Assembly (NCBI RefSeq): GCF_009914755.1 | Contig: NC_060945.1 | Length of the DNA: 64,000 bases | Strand: one strand, 5' to 3' | Source of the DNA: the human T2T-CHM13v2.0 reference genome, Homo sapiens | Part shown: positions 1 through 13,610 of the stretch, piece by piece | Layout of the letters: each line of letters opens with the position of its first letter | How positions within the stretch are numbered: position 1 is the first letter of the stretch | Position numbers and translations under genes: made by a program | Notes under the pieces: generated by a model | The model's database searches: none | The model's input: only the letters and a program-made list of their open reading frames with translations | Told to the model about the DNA's origin: nothing

Positions 1-90
1 TGCCAAGAAAAAAAACAAAACCAACATCCTTCCCCGAACCTCTATTGTGGACAAAATAAGAAATGATTTTTGTAATAAACAGAGTGACAG
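1..90 (+). CDS. TRAPPC10: TRAPPC10 coding exon 4 (5'-truncated by window)
   Basis: Frame 2 reads AKKKNKTNILPRTSIVDKIRNDFCNKQSD(R); donor AG|GTAAGT at 91. Confidence 0.95.
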
Positions 91-2921
91 GTAAGTGTAT
101 CTTTAATTTTACCTCATTTGGTTAATACTTGACATGATACAGATTGCTGGCTTCCTGGGTAGTAATAAATATTTACTCAGCAATCTCGAGTGAGTGTCCA
201 TGGGGTGCTGTCAAGGAGACCTGGTGCCTGTCCTTGTGGAGTTCCTGTTTAGGCAGGCAAAGAACTCGAAGCAGTCATCCCCCGAGTGTGCTGCCTGGGA
301 GGAGCGGGTCTTGGGCCCATAGTCCTGGGAGGCCTCTTGGTGGGTCCTTTCTGAAGACTGACAGCAGCAGCTCCTGCAGTTCTTCTGTAGAACGGGTCCT
401 TAAAGGTTTTTGTTTTTTTTTTGAAATGACGGCACCTGTGTTTTTTTCTTTACCTTAACACCTGAGAGTTCCTAAGAACACAAGTTATAAAATGCTGACC
501 TAACCCCTTCAGAAACTGTGAAAGGGAATCCTGAAACTTTGGCAGTTAATAGATTGTATGGGCTTTCTCCGCCTTGCCCTGCTCTCTCTCCTGGGGTAGC
601 TCACTCCCTTTCTCTTCAGTGATGCCATTGCCAGCTGAGCCAGCCAGCACGTTAACTCCTCTATAACCGATGGTCTGTATCTCGTAGCTTAGCACTGGAA
701 CTCACCCAAGGCCTGGGGATTCAGGGGCGAACATGGACCCTGCCCTGGTCCAGCAGGTCATTATAGCCATGGTCACCATGCTTATGGTGGCGAGGGTTCA
801 GATGGAGGTACATGCTCATTGTAGAATTATTAGAAAAAGGTAATGAGCAAAAAGAAAATGGATATTAACTCTTAGTATTTTGGTATGTATGTTCTGAGAC
901 TTTTTTTCTTTATGCATACATAATACGTGTGTGTATTTTAAGTTAATATAACGTTATGTGTTGTTTATACTTGTTTTTTTCACTCAATATATTGTAAAGA
1001 TTTTCCACAAACAATAAATGCATTTCCAGACTCTCAGTGTTAGTGAGTGGATAATATTCCATAGTATTAATGTGCCGTAAGTTATTTATACATTCTGCTG
1101 CTGGGCTTAGGTTATTGCTTACTTATCGTTATAAACAACAATATTAGAATACTTTTCTAGCTCAAATGTTGTGAGCATCCTTAATTATTTCAGGATACCT
1201 TCCCTAAAGGAAAATTGCTTGGTAACAGATTTTGTGCATTTTTTGGGCTTTTGCTAGTTACGAGGCTGGTAGAGGCAAGGGTTGACTTGTGATCAGCAGT
1301 GTGACTTGTGACAGCAGTAGCCGTTGTGGTGTCTCGCTGAGGCTGCAGCCGGGAGCCCCTTGTTCCACATGTGCCTCCAGCCCCTGCAGTCTGCGCGCCT
1401 GGGGGGATCACGCCGCTCTCCAGATTGGCCCACCATCCCTGACTTCATTCGTTGTTTTGGGCTCTCCTTTTCTGAGTTAATGATTTAGGCTTGATGTGAA
1501 CTTCTGAAGTGTAGTTCTTTTTTACTTAAAAAAAATTGATGATGATATAGAAACAGGATCTAATAGAGATAGGACATTTCATGACTGTGTATCTGATTGA
1601 CCTCTGAAAACAGTTACTGTTTTGGTGGTTGGCACTTGTTAAGTTTCCATTTCCATTCACCCCTGTAGGCGCACAGGAGAATTCGCGTCTGGTCGGGAAT
1701 AAATGTTGGTAATTATAATCCTTGAGAATGCCTTAAGGATAAACTACCTAACTCATAGGTTCTAGCAAGCTCCTACTGTGGATAAATACAAGTTAGTCCT
1801 CTGGGGGACCTTTGGAGTGAGCGGCTCTGGTCCCTTTGTCTTTGAGGGAAGAAAGTGTGCAGTGGGGTGGATTGAATGGAATTAAAGCCAGCCACCAAGT
1901 TATAAGTTTTCTTCTTGGTTCTGGTTGTTCACATGGTGGAACATGTAGAGTGTATGCTGCTTCACTGTTTTGTCCACTGATTTATAATTCCATGAATTTA
2001 GCCATGCCTCCAAAGGATATGCTGGGGCACGGAAAAAAGGAACTTAGAGTCAGTTCATTTTGCTACTTTTTGGTAATTCAAGTAAAATATTTACTAAGGA
2101 GAACTGGTGAAGCTCATAGAATCAATGTTTTAAAATTATTTCTGAGTTCAGATTTATTAATCATCTTTCTAGATTACTATTACCAAGGCTAAAGAAATTT
2201 ACCATTTCCAGCCTATCAGATAAATACGTTGCCTTGTCCAAATCTGTTGGGAACTTTGTGTAATTTCGTGTGTTTGACCTTTTTACATCATGGGTTCAGC
2301 CTCTTTGTAATTAAACTGTTTGCTCTATATGTTAAGCCATGTTCTAAGCCTTTATTTGTTAATTGTTTATTAACCTTCCCCTTCAAGAGCTCACAGGCTA
2401 GTGGGAGGGATAGAGGTCCAGAGAAGGGGAGTGTTTTCCTGTGAGGCCCACAGCCTAGCAGCAGTGTGGGCAGAGCAGTTGGGATGGTGATTGGGGGAGG
2501 TTTGTGAAGATGCCACGCCTGGGTGGAAGGAATGTTCTCATGAAGAGAGGAGAGCGGGAGAAGGTCAGCAGGCTTGAGCTGGGAAGCAGAGGAAGTAAAG
2601 TGAGACATCGTGGTCCTTTTGTGCTGTGCTGAGAAATCTAAATTTATCCTGTCGATCCCAAGGAACCAAAATGGATTTTGAAGGAGGCAGGGAACTGAGT
2701 GAGGCGTGATCACATTATTTTACAGAGGACTCAGAGCTGCGTCTTTGGCTCAGGGCTCATGTAAATCCCTTTCCCCCTTTCCAGTTGATTCTATAGCAAA
2801 CTCTCCTTTGAATTTCTGTAGAACTTACTGCTCGTGTTCATGACCAGTTCATGATGAAGCCTTTTCCTAACCTGGTTTCTTACCGCCTGCCTCATGTTTT
2901 TGACTGTTTATAGACGGAAGA

Positions 2922-3207
2922 AGCTAGATGCGGTGGCTTATGCCTATAATCCCAGCACTTTGAGAGGCCGAGGCAGGAGGATTGTTTGAGCCCAGGAGTT
3001 CGAGACCAGCCTGGGCAACATAGCAAGACCTCACCTTTACAAAAAAATACAAAAATTAACCAGGCATGGTGGTGCGTGCCTGTGATCCCAGCTACTGGGG
3101 AGGATCACTGGAGCCTGGGAGGTGGAGGTTGCAGTGAGCCAAGATTGTGCCACTGCACTCCAGCCTGGGCCACAGAGCAAAACTCTGTCTCAAAAAAAAA
3201 AAAAAAA
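2922..3207 (+). mobile_element. Alu SINE (old, J-like)
   Basis: Alu left/right arm motifs and poly(A) tail. Confidence 0.9.
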
Positions 3208-3311
3208 GGAGGAGGAAGGAAGAAAATTGCCGCTCAGGACAATGGCAGCTGCTGAGTCGTGGTGCTGTGCATGGAGGGTCTTTCCCAGATAGTCTGTTCA
3301 TGTCTTTGCAG

Positions 3312-3507
3312 GTGTGTTGTGCTCTCCGACCCCTTGAAGGACTCTTCTCGAACTCAGGAATCCTGGAATGCCTTCCTGACCAAACTCAGGACATTGCTTC
3401 TTATGTCTTTTACCAAAAACCTAGGCAAGTTTGAGGATGACATGAGAACCTTGAGGGAGAAGAGGACTGAGCCAGGCTGGAGCTTTTGTGAATATTTCAT
3501 GGTTCAG
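3312..3507 (+). CDS. TRAPPC10: TRAPPC10 exon 5
   Basis: Acceptor tctttgcag; encodes [18 protein letters not shown]...EYFMVQ; donor CAG|GTACTT; phase joins exon 4. Confidence 0.95.
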
Positions 3508-4079
3508 GTACTTGACTCATTACAGAACTAGACAGTTCCTTCTCTCCTTCCCTCCTTTGTTCCCTCCCTCTCTCCTCCTTTCTTTCTAAGTAAGGCACCT
3601 CTCGTGGTAATCTCATTGGCAGAGTTTTTAAAAACAAAAAACCTGGAATATCTTTAGGACTAGAAAGGAAGTGTATGGAAGCAGATGGGGCATGAAAAGG
3701 ACACACACACTGCCCCGGGGAGCCTCTGGGGGCAAAAGCTGGAGCAGTTTCAGTGACAGAATAAATAAGGATAGAGTCGAGGTTTAACCCATGGAATAAA
3801 ATTAATATCCATGAGTCTGTATCGATAGAAATCATCAGTTAAATAAATAAATGGAGGAGAAGGGTCAACTCTTCCATACAGAAGAATTCCACTTAAACGC
3901 AGAAGGAAAGAAAAACAGAAAATCACTTTTAAGCCAGTGCTCCAGCAAGAACTGTTGGAGGCAGGATTACTGATGGGTGTCCGGGGTGGTGGGCAAAGGC
4001 CTGAGAAGAGGTGGGCTTGCACAGTCTCACGGTGGCCCCCCAAGATGTCTGTCAGCTACTGAGGGAGCAGTAGCCACTC

Positions 4080-5275
<1,196 letters not shown>

Positions 5276-5604
5276 ATGAGTTTATTAGAGTGCTGAGTCT
5301 TGTAAATACTTCACAAATAAAATGAAGTTCAACATAACTTAGCAGTTTCTCTTGCAAAACACAGCCCACCACTGTTTTCACGGGAAACAGGATACAAAGG
5401 AGAGCTCTCAGTTCTCACCTAGTGAGTGGGACCTGGGTGGGCCCTTAGGGGTCTGGGAATAATGTCCACAAATACATGGGGTGGAACTGGATTCCAAAGA
5501 CCTGACCATGTCAGGGGAGGTTTATGTGCGTGCACATCCTCCTGGTCTTTACTTTTTAATGTGCAGTAATGGAGATCAGAAGGCAATCACCTGTTGCCCT
5601 CTCT

Positions 5605-6480
5605 TTTCATTTTCTCATTCAACAAAGGTTACTGAGCACGGACAGGTGCCAGGCCCTCCTTGATGCTGGGACGCCGTCAGTGTACAGTTTTTTGTGAGCT
5701 TGTGTGACAGTGGAGGAGATACAGGAAAGGAAGTGACGCATATGCTAGGGCGAGAGAGAGGCACAAGGCAGAGATGGTGTGGGGTGCTGTGCGGGTCAGG
5801 AGGAGGAAAGGCCTGACTGGGCTGGGGACTTAGCCAGAGCTGAAGGAGTTTGGAGAGCAAGCCATGTGGGTGTATAGAGGAAGAGGAGGTGTTCCAGGCC
5901 ATGGAGTGGGGCAGCGCACAGGTCCCGAGGCAGCTCCCTGCCACGCACACGTGAGCAGCGGTGAGGAGGCCTTGGTGGTGGAGCTGAGTGAGGCCAGAGG
6001 GCTGGTGCTGGGAAGGGGTGGGGGTGGGGGACATAGATTTTGCAGGGCCTGGGGATGTCTCGAAAGGATTTAGGAGTCTCTTGAATGTGATGAGCAGTCG
6101 CTGACTGAAATGGGGAAGACCGTGGGTGGAGCACTTTGTGGGAAAGGTTGGGGTTCAGGTTTCCATGTGTAAGCCTGAGCTGTCTGTTAGGCATCCACAC
6201 AAGCGTGCTGTGCCTGCCATTGGAGCCAGAGTCAGGTCTGAGCTGGAGTCCTGAATGTGTGGTGGTCATGCTGTGTAGATGGGCTCCGTCATGGAGAGGG
6301 AATAGTGAGTGTAGACAGGGAAGTCCAAGGGCGGAGCCCTGCGGCCTCCAGCAGAGAGCCTCGGGGAGCGAGAGGAACCAGCCGTCTGACCAGAGGGAGC
6401 CACAGTGAGGGGCGAGGGGAGCAGGTGGCCAGGTCCTGGACAGCAGGAAACATCCCAAGGACAGGGGGGTGACCAGTTAT
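5605..6480 (-). mobile_element. L2 LINE remnant
   Basis: Starts with the L2 3'-end signature (ttcattcaaca...ttactgagcac...gtgccaggc), followed by a purine-rich L2-like body. Confidence 0.65.
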
Positions 6481-6716
6481 ATCTGGTGCTGCCGATAGGT
6501 CGGGGAGGGTTCAGAAATTACCTTAGCTTTTCCTAGCTTCTTGTGCATGCGTGAATGTTGACATATGCGGTCGTCACATTGGTTGTTACTTAGCGGAGCG
6601 TAGACATTATTCATAGTGCTGCGTGCCTTTCTCTGTCGTTTAATGGCTACATACTGTTTCTTCTATACATTGATTTATGTTTTTGTTTTTTTAAAAAACG
6701 TATCTTGGGCGAATAG

Positions 6717-6828
6717 GAGGAGCTTGCCTTTGTTTTCGAGATGCTGCAGCAGTTCGAGGACGCCCTGGTGCAGTACGACGAACTGGACGCCCTCTTCTCT
6801 CAGTATGTGGTCAACTTCGGGGCCGGGG
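6717..6828 (+). CDS. TRAPPC10: TRAPPC10 exon 6
   Basis: Acceptor gaatag; EELAFVFEMLQQFEDALVQYDELDALFSQYVVNFGAG; donor G|GTGAGT. Confidence 0.95.
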
Positions 6829-7078
6829 GTGAGTAGTGGCACTTCAGTAACGCATGCTTTTCTTAGTGTGGCTTTCTCCAACTTCAGATAGGCTTGAAGC
6901 AGCCATTTATTTACCTCAGGAGTACGCATGTTTTGTTGTTGTCTTTATACACATTATATCGGATATATTCTCGTGATTCCTAGAGGAAATGAAATGAGAA
7001 TTAAGAATTAGTCATTTTCACTTTTAGAAGAATCTTAAGTAACAAAAATAATAATAATTTAAAAAAACTGTTTTCCAG

Positions 7079-7119
7079 GTATAAAATGTCCTTTCCACAA
7101 CTCAGTGGCCTGCTGGTGA
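7079..7119 (+). CDS. TRAPPC10: Candidate alternative terminal exon of a short TRAPPC10 isoform (coding part)
   Basis: Acceptor ctgttttccag; in frame with exon 6 gives GIKCPFHNSVACW-stop; ATTAAA at 7285 and tandem AATAAA at 7847-7857 downstream. Confidence 0.6.
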
Positions 7120-7889
7120 TGCTTCGATTCTGTCCCTCGTTAGAATCAGAGTGGACGTCCCTTTGCCTTCCATCCAGGGGTTATCTTTGGAATGCTCGAG
7201 TGCTCATTGCTGTGAACTTATAAAATGCCCTTGGGTGTTCATCTTTCTTTTGCACTTTTAAATAATATCTTAAGCTCCTTTACAATTAAAGAATTAGCAC
7301 AGTGAAACCATACACAGAGAGAAACATTGGTTATTGTCCTCAGTGTTTTTCGCTGATACTTATTTTGATGAAAGTGATACCACGTTATATAGCTGTTTCT
7401 CTGTCGCTCCTTTTTGTTACTCACAGCCCATCCTGGGCATCTCTCCAGGTTAGCAGGTGGGGTTTGGAGTTGTTTTTGTTACAATTGGTATTCCTGGCTT
7501 GATTCCATTACCTGGTGTTGGACATTGGGTTCTTTTATGCTTCTTGCCACCACAAGCAGTGCTGTAGTGGGCATCTCTGCCAGGTGTTCTTTTTGAGAAC
7601 CCTTGTCACCATGTGTGAAGGAAGGAGTAATTTTGAGGAGCCCTGGTGTCAGCAGGAGAACCTGGAGGGAGATGAAGTGTGGGGACGGTCAGTTCTAGCT
7701 GTGAGCACTGTCCTCACTCTGGAACTCATCAGTGGCGCCGATGGATACTGGCTCATAGTGCTTCTGAAGATCAGGTCTGGATATCTCACTCTCCTGAGAT
7801 GCCAGTATAGACACAGAACCAAAGCAAAGTGTTTACTAAGTAAAAAAATAAAATAAAAAAACACTTCTATTTCTTATATTTTATGTGTC

Positions 7890-9180
<1,291 letters not shown>

Positions 9181-9844
9181 TGTATTTTTTAAATATCTTA
9201 CATTTTTTTAAAAAATAGATTTATTTAGCAAAAAACGTTTGAATTTAATAAAGAAATGGCAATAACTGGTGCATACATTAGTTGAAAATATTAAAATATT
9301 TACACTGAGCACCAAATAGAATAATTCTCAGTCTTTTCATGGAGAACTCCTTTGAAAGAATGCCTAGAACTTAATCTGTTTATTTAGGTTTTTAATCGAG
9401 AAATCTAAAACTGCCAATCACAGTTTCTAATTACCATGAGATGACCAGGTTAACAACCTTGAGGTCATATCATAGGAGCTTTAAAAGCTGCGTTTAACCT
9501 ATACATTCTAACTGAGGGCATTTGTTAGCCTCAGGCAGGCTGGTAATCACAGGTCCATGTGCTTGTGATGCCATATACACAACATTGAGTAAATAAGTGT
9601 TATTTATAAGGTAAAGACCATATGGTCCCTGGCAGCAGAATAGGTGCTGGGCAGCGTCAGGGACCAGGCACCTGAATGGATGTCAGTGCATGTGAGAAGG
9701 AGCCTTCAAGGCTGAAATATCTTACATATTTCTTATATTTGACATAATTTATTTGGTTTTTTCTCTCAGTTTTAAAATTTGGGGCAATTTAAAATCCAAA
9801 AGTAAGCCTGGACCAAATTTTGCCACTGAATAAGATGGTTCGTT

Positions 9845-10160
9845 TTTGTTCTTTCATTCAACAAATACTTACTGAGGGACCACCATGTGCCAGGCACTGT
9901 TCTAAATACAGGGAGGAATAAAGCAGAATCCCTTTTTTTATGATGCTTACATGAAGGGGAAACAGGCACAGAAAAGTAAATCTATCACTTGCTGTCCATA
10001 ATAGTAAGTTTGGGCCGTAGAAAGGGGCTCAGGTGAGAGATGGGGCAGTATGTGCCATTGGAGCTTAGATAGGGCACTGGAGTGGCCTCCCTGTGGGGGC
10101 GGCACTGGCACAGAGGCCTGACTGAAATGTGGGAGTGCCCCGTGAGAATCCTGTGGGAGG
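9845..10160 (-). mobile_element. L2 remnant
   Basis: ttcattcaacaaatacttactgag...atgtgccaggcactgttcta is the L2 3'-end signature. Confidence 0.7.
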
Positions 10161-10210
10161 GGAGCCTAGCCAAGGGAACTGCTGGTACAGGGCTGGGCTG
10201 GTACAGGGCT

Positions 10211-10360
10211 GGGTCCACTCCACACTGCTGGGTGCTCCAATAGCCCTGAGGATGCTGGTGCAGGGGCTGGGCCAGCGGGTCCACTCCACACTGCTGGGTG
10301 CTCCAATAGCCCTGAGGATGCTGGTGCAGGGGCTGGGCTGGCAGGTCCACACCACACCAC
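10211..10360. repeat. 66-bp-period tandem duplication (2 copies plus a partial)
   Basis: 61 identical nt at 10211-10271 and 10277-10337. Confidence 0.9.
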
Positions 10361-11151
10361 TATGCGCTCCCCGGGTCTGAGGAGAAGCTCACGTCAGTGA
10401 AGGGAGCGTTTAACCATGCCAGGATGCCACGTAGGAATGAACTGGTTATGACACCTCTCTGTTGAAGTGAGAAAAATAGATTCAAAGATTTTTTTCAATA
10501 ATGATTGATGGACTTGTTATTATACATTGTTATGCTTATTTTAAGATCATATTTGAGTCTTAGGGATGTAAGTAAACCTCTGGGAGCCTTGCTGAAATTT
10601 TCGACAAGCAGTAATTCTTTTTCCTTCTATGTGCTGCTACCAAGTCCTCCCTGTCCCTTCCTCCAGGAGCTTGACTCAGGGACGTGACGTGGTTGAGTTA
10701 GGGAAATAAGGAAGGAATATGTAATCTAAGGAAGACCAAAAAACACCAGGATGGTCAGAGCAGGCTGCACTCCAGCCCACAGGTAAAGATAAGGAAGCCC
10801 AGCCCCGCTGCAGCCTAAGACTAGAGCCCTCCCTCGGCCTGAGACAGAGCCTGAGCTCCCCTAACCATGTAGCCTGTCTGTCTCTGGGTGACTTCCCAAC
10901 CTGTTCAGCTCCCGCCCATGACTTTCTGGGCATGGTAGGGTGGTGTGCCTTGTTGCCTGGGTCACGTTACCCTCAGCTCGGCTGTCAGTGCTGGGAGCCG
11001 AATGCATCACTAGACCACAGGGGGTGGGCCAGTGTTCATAGAAAAACTGGTTATGAAGCTGCCTGTTTGCCCACCATCCTCAGCCTGAGCAGGAAGCTCA
11101 GGAAGGTGAAGTACCTGCAATCAGCACCTTTCATGATGTGTGTTTGTTTAG

Positions 11152-11399
11152 ATGGTGCCAACTGGCTGACTTTTTTCTGCCAGCCAGTGAAGAGCTGGAA
11201 CGGATTGATCCTCCGAAAACCCATAGATATGGAGAAGCGGGAATCGATCCAGAGGCGAGAAGCCACCCTGTTAGATCTGCGCAGTTACCTGTTCTCTCGC
11301 CAGTGCACCTTGCTGCTCTTCCTGCAGAGGCCGTGGGAGGTGGCCCAGCGCGCCCTAGAGCTGCTGCACAACTGCGTGCAGGAACTGAAGCTCTTAGAA
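11152..11399 (+). CDS. TRAPPC10: TRAPPC10 exon 7
   Basis: Acceptor tttgtttag; (D)GANWLTFFCQPVKSWNG...ELKLLE; donor GAA|GTGAGT; lies within ORF 10932-11465. Confidence 0.95.
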
Positions 11400-11914
11400 G
11401 TGAGTCGGCTGTTTTCCCAATTTACCCGTTTCTTGATTGTTCCAGCAGAAATCTCTGAACCTTGAGATCCCAGGCATTGAACTGTTTGTGCTTAAGAAAG
11501 GGTTTTCTTTTCTGAATGCCTTTAATTTTCAGTATATTGTTTGCTTAGTTACTTTTTACGTTGATAAATTGCTCAAAAATAGAACTCTGTTCTCAACATG
11601 CTGGAGTTTGTGCCGGTCCAGAGCAAGCCTCTTAGATGAGCTTCTCAGTGAAGCTCACTGGCTGACTGCGGCCTGTGCTGCTGCGTGAGCTGTCTCCACG
11701 GGGAAGAGTCACTCACCTGAGGGACACGCAGAGCTAGATTTTGCATGTAGACATTTATTTTATTTCAGACACTTATGTCATGTAGACATTTATTTATTTG
11801 TCTTTTCAGATAAATAGTTTTGCACATGGCCATGCAGGTAGCAATGTGAGTGACACACAGCAGGCTGTGCCCCATTGATTAGTAGTACGGAGCTTCATGG
11901 AAGATATGTCATAA

Positions 11915-11917
<3 letters not shown>

Positions 11918-11953
<36 letters not shown>
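11918..11953. repeat. (TG)18 microsatellite
   Basis: Seen directly. Confidence 0.95.
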
Positions 11954-11955
<2 letters not shown>

Positions 11956-13477
11956 TGTGAGAATGTAGTTAGTAAAACATTTGCCCTTAGAGATAAATTC
12001 ACCCAAGCACTGAACTCTTACTGTCCATAGAACCACGGACATTGTAGTGAGATGAAAGGACTGTAGAGACCGTATCTAGTCTGGTGATTCTTGTTTCAGG
12101 GTCCTCTTTACCCAAAACAATTCACACACACACAAAATGATACTTACGACCTGAGGATTTGTGTACATCCCTGCCACCCATCCCCTGGTTAAGATCTCCT
12201 GAGTGAGTGGTCTCTGATGCTGTTTTGTAAACAAGAAAACGGAGTCTGGAAGTGATTAGGTCTGAAGAGTATAAGCCATTGATGGGGACGGTGTTTCATA
12301 ATATAGGAACTTATTTTTGTGTGCTTGGTTTAAAATAATTTTAAGAGATTTAAACTTTAATTAATGAAGAGAAATATATTTTAGTTAATTTCAAAAGGAG
12401 AAGTTCTTATTTCAGAGCTAAGCTCATTAGTACCTAGCCCAAGTCACAAACTCAGAAACTTAAGAATTTTTATCAAATGATTTTTCTTCACCTAATGAAG
12501 CAAATGAGGAAAAGAAACATTTTCCACCTCGAAATGACCCTCTGGGCTGCCTGTAATCACCTGGATTTAGAGACTCTGCCTGGGTTGCTCAGCCCTAACT
12601 GCAGGTTGGGGACGGGGCTGTGAGGGAACCATTCACTCCTAGAGCCGGGCTCTCTGTTCATGTGTACCTAGGGATTTCACCTGATGTTGAGATTTTTGTC
12701 TTACTAGCCGGGAGGGGGGAAAATTGAAGTATTCAAGTCCAAATGATTCAGACATGATGTCTTCTGAGTGAGACGACCCCAGGAGGCTGATTGGAGAGGG
12801 CTGTTAGTTTTGTTATTACCTTGTGGCTGGAAGGAGAAATGTGTAAGTAATAGAGGGTGTGGGCTCTGGAGTTCCCTTGTAGCGTCGGGGTTCACAGGAG
12901 CCATACGGGGTCTGTTGGCTCCTCTAGGTGCTCGTCTGCAGGGCCGGGAAGTCACAGGTATTTTCAAGGCTTTGTATCGTGTGAGGAGCCTCTTATCCGT
13001 GGTGTATTTTCCGAGCCCTTTGCTTTGCTGAATGAAGTTGTTGTCCCCTTGGCCTTTCCTTGAGTGGAAGCTGCCCCATTGCTTTTAGTCATAGCTATTG
13101 CACCTCTTTGCACGGTTGAGTTCTGCATCTCCAGTGAGAGGAGGTGGCCAAAGGTGAATGCTGGATTTGAGGCAAGGACGTGTCACCCACTGATGACTTT
13201 CTCACAGTCTGTCAGTCTCTTTCCTTCTAAGAACCCGCTTCCTGTTTCGTCATCTTCTGATGCACACAGCTGGCTGCGCCTCCTTACATGCGCTGTGCCT
13301 GTCGGCTTCCCAGGCCAGAGAGGACAGCCTCCCTTGTCGCTTGTGTTGAAGCCCACACAATCCTCTTTGCACACTTTGCACCTGTGTTTGATCAACACTG
13401 AGATTCACACTGTTTACTTAGAGGGCTTCGCTGGTAACTTCACGTCAGAAGTGTTTCTCTTTCTCTCCTTTTTTCTA

Positions 13478-13610
13478 AATTTTTAAATTTTTTGGTAGAG
13501 ATGAGTGTCTCACTGTGTCGCCCAGGCTGGTCTGGAACTTCCGGGCTCAAGTGATCTTCCCTGCTCCCCTCCCAAAGTGCTGGGATTACAGGTCTGAGCT
13601 GCCCGTGGCT
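13478..13610 (-). mobile_element. Alu monomer/fragment
   Basis: Single Alu arm motifs. Confidence 0.8.
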
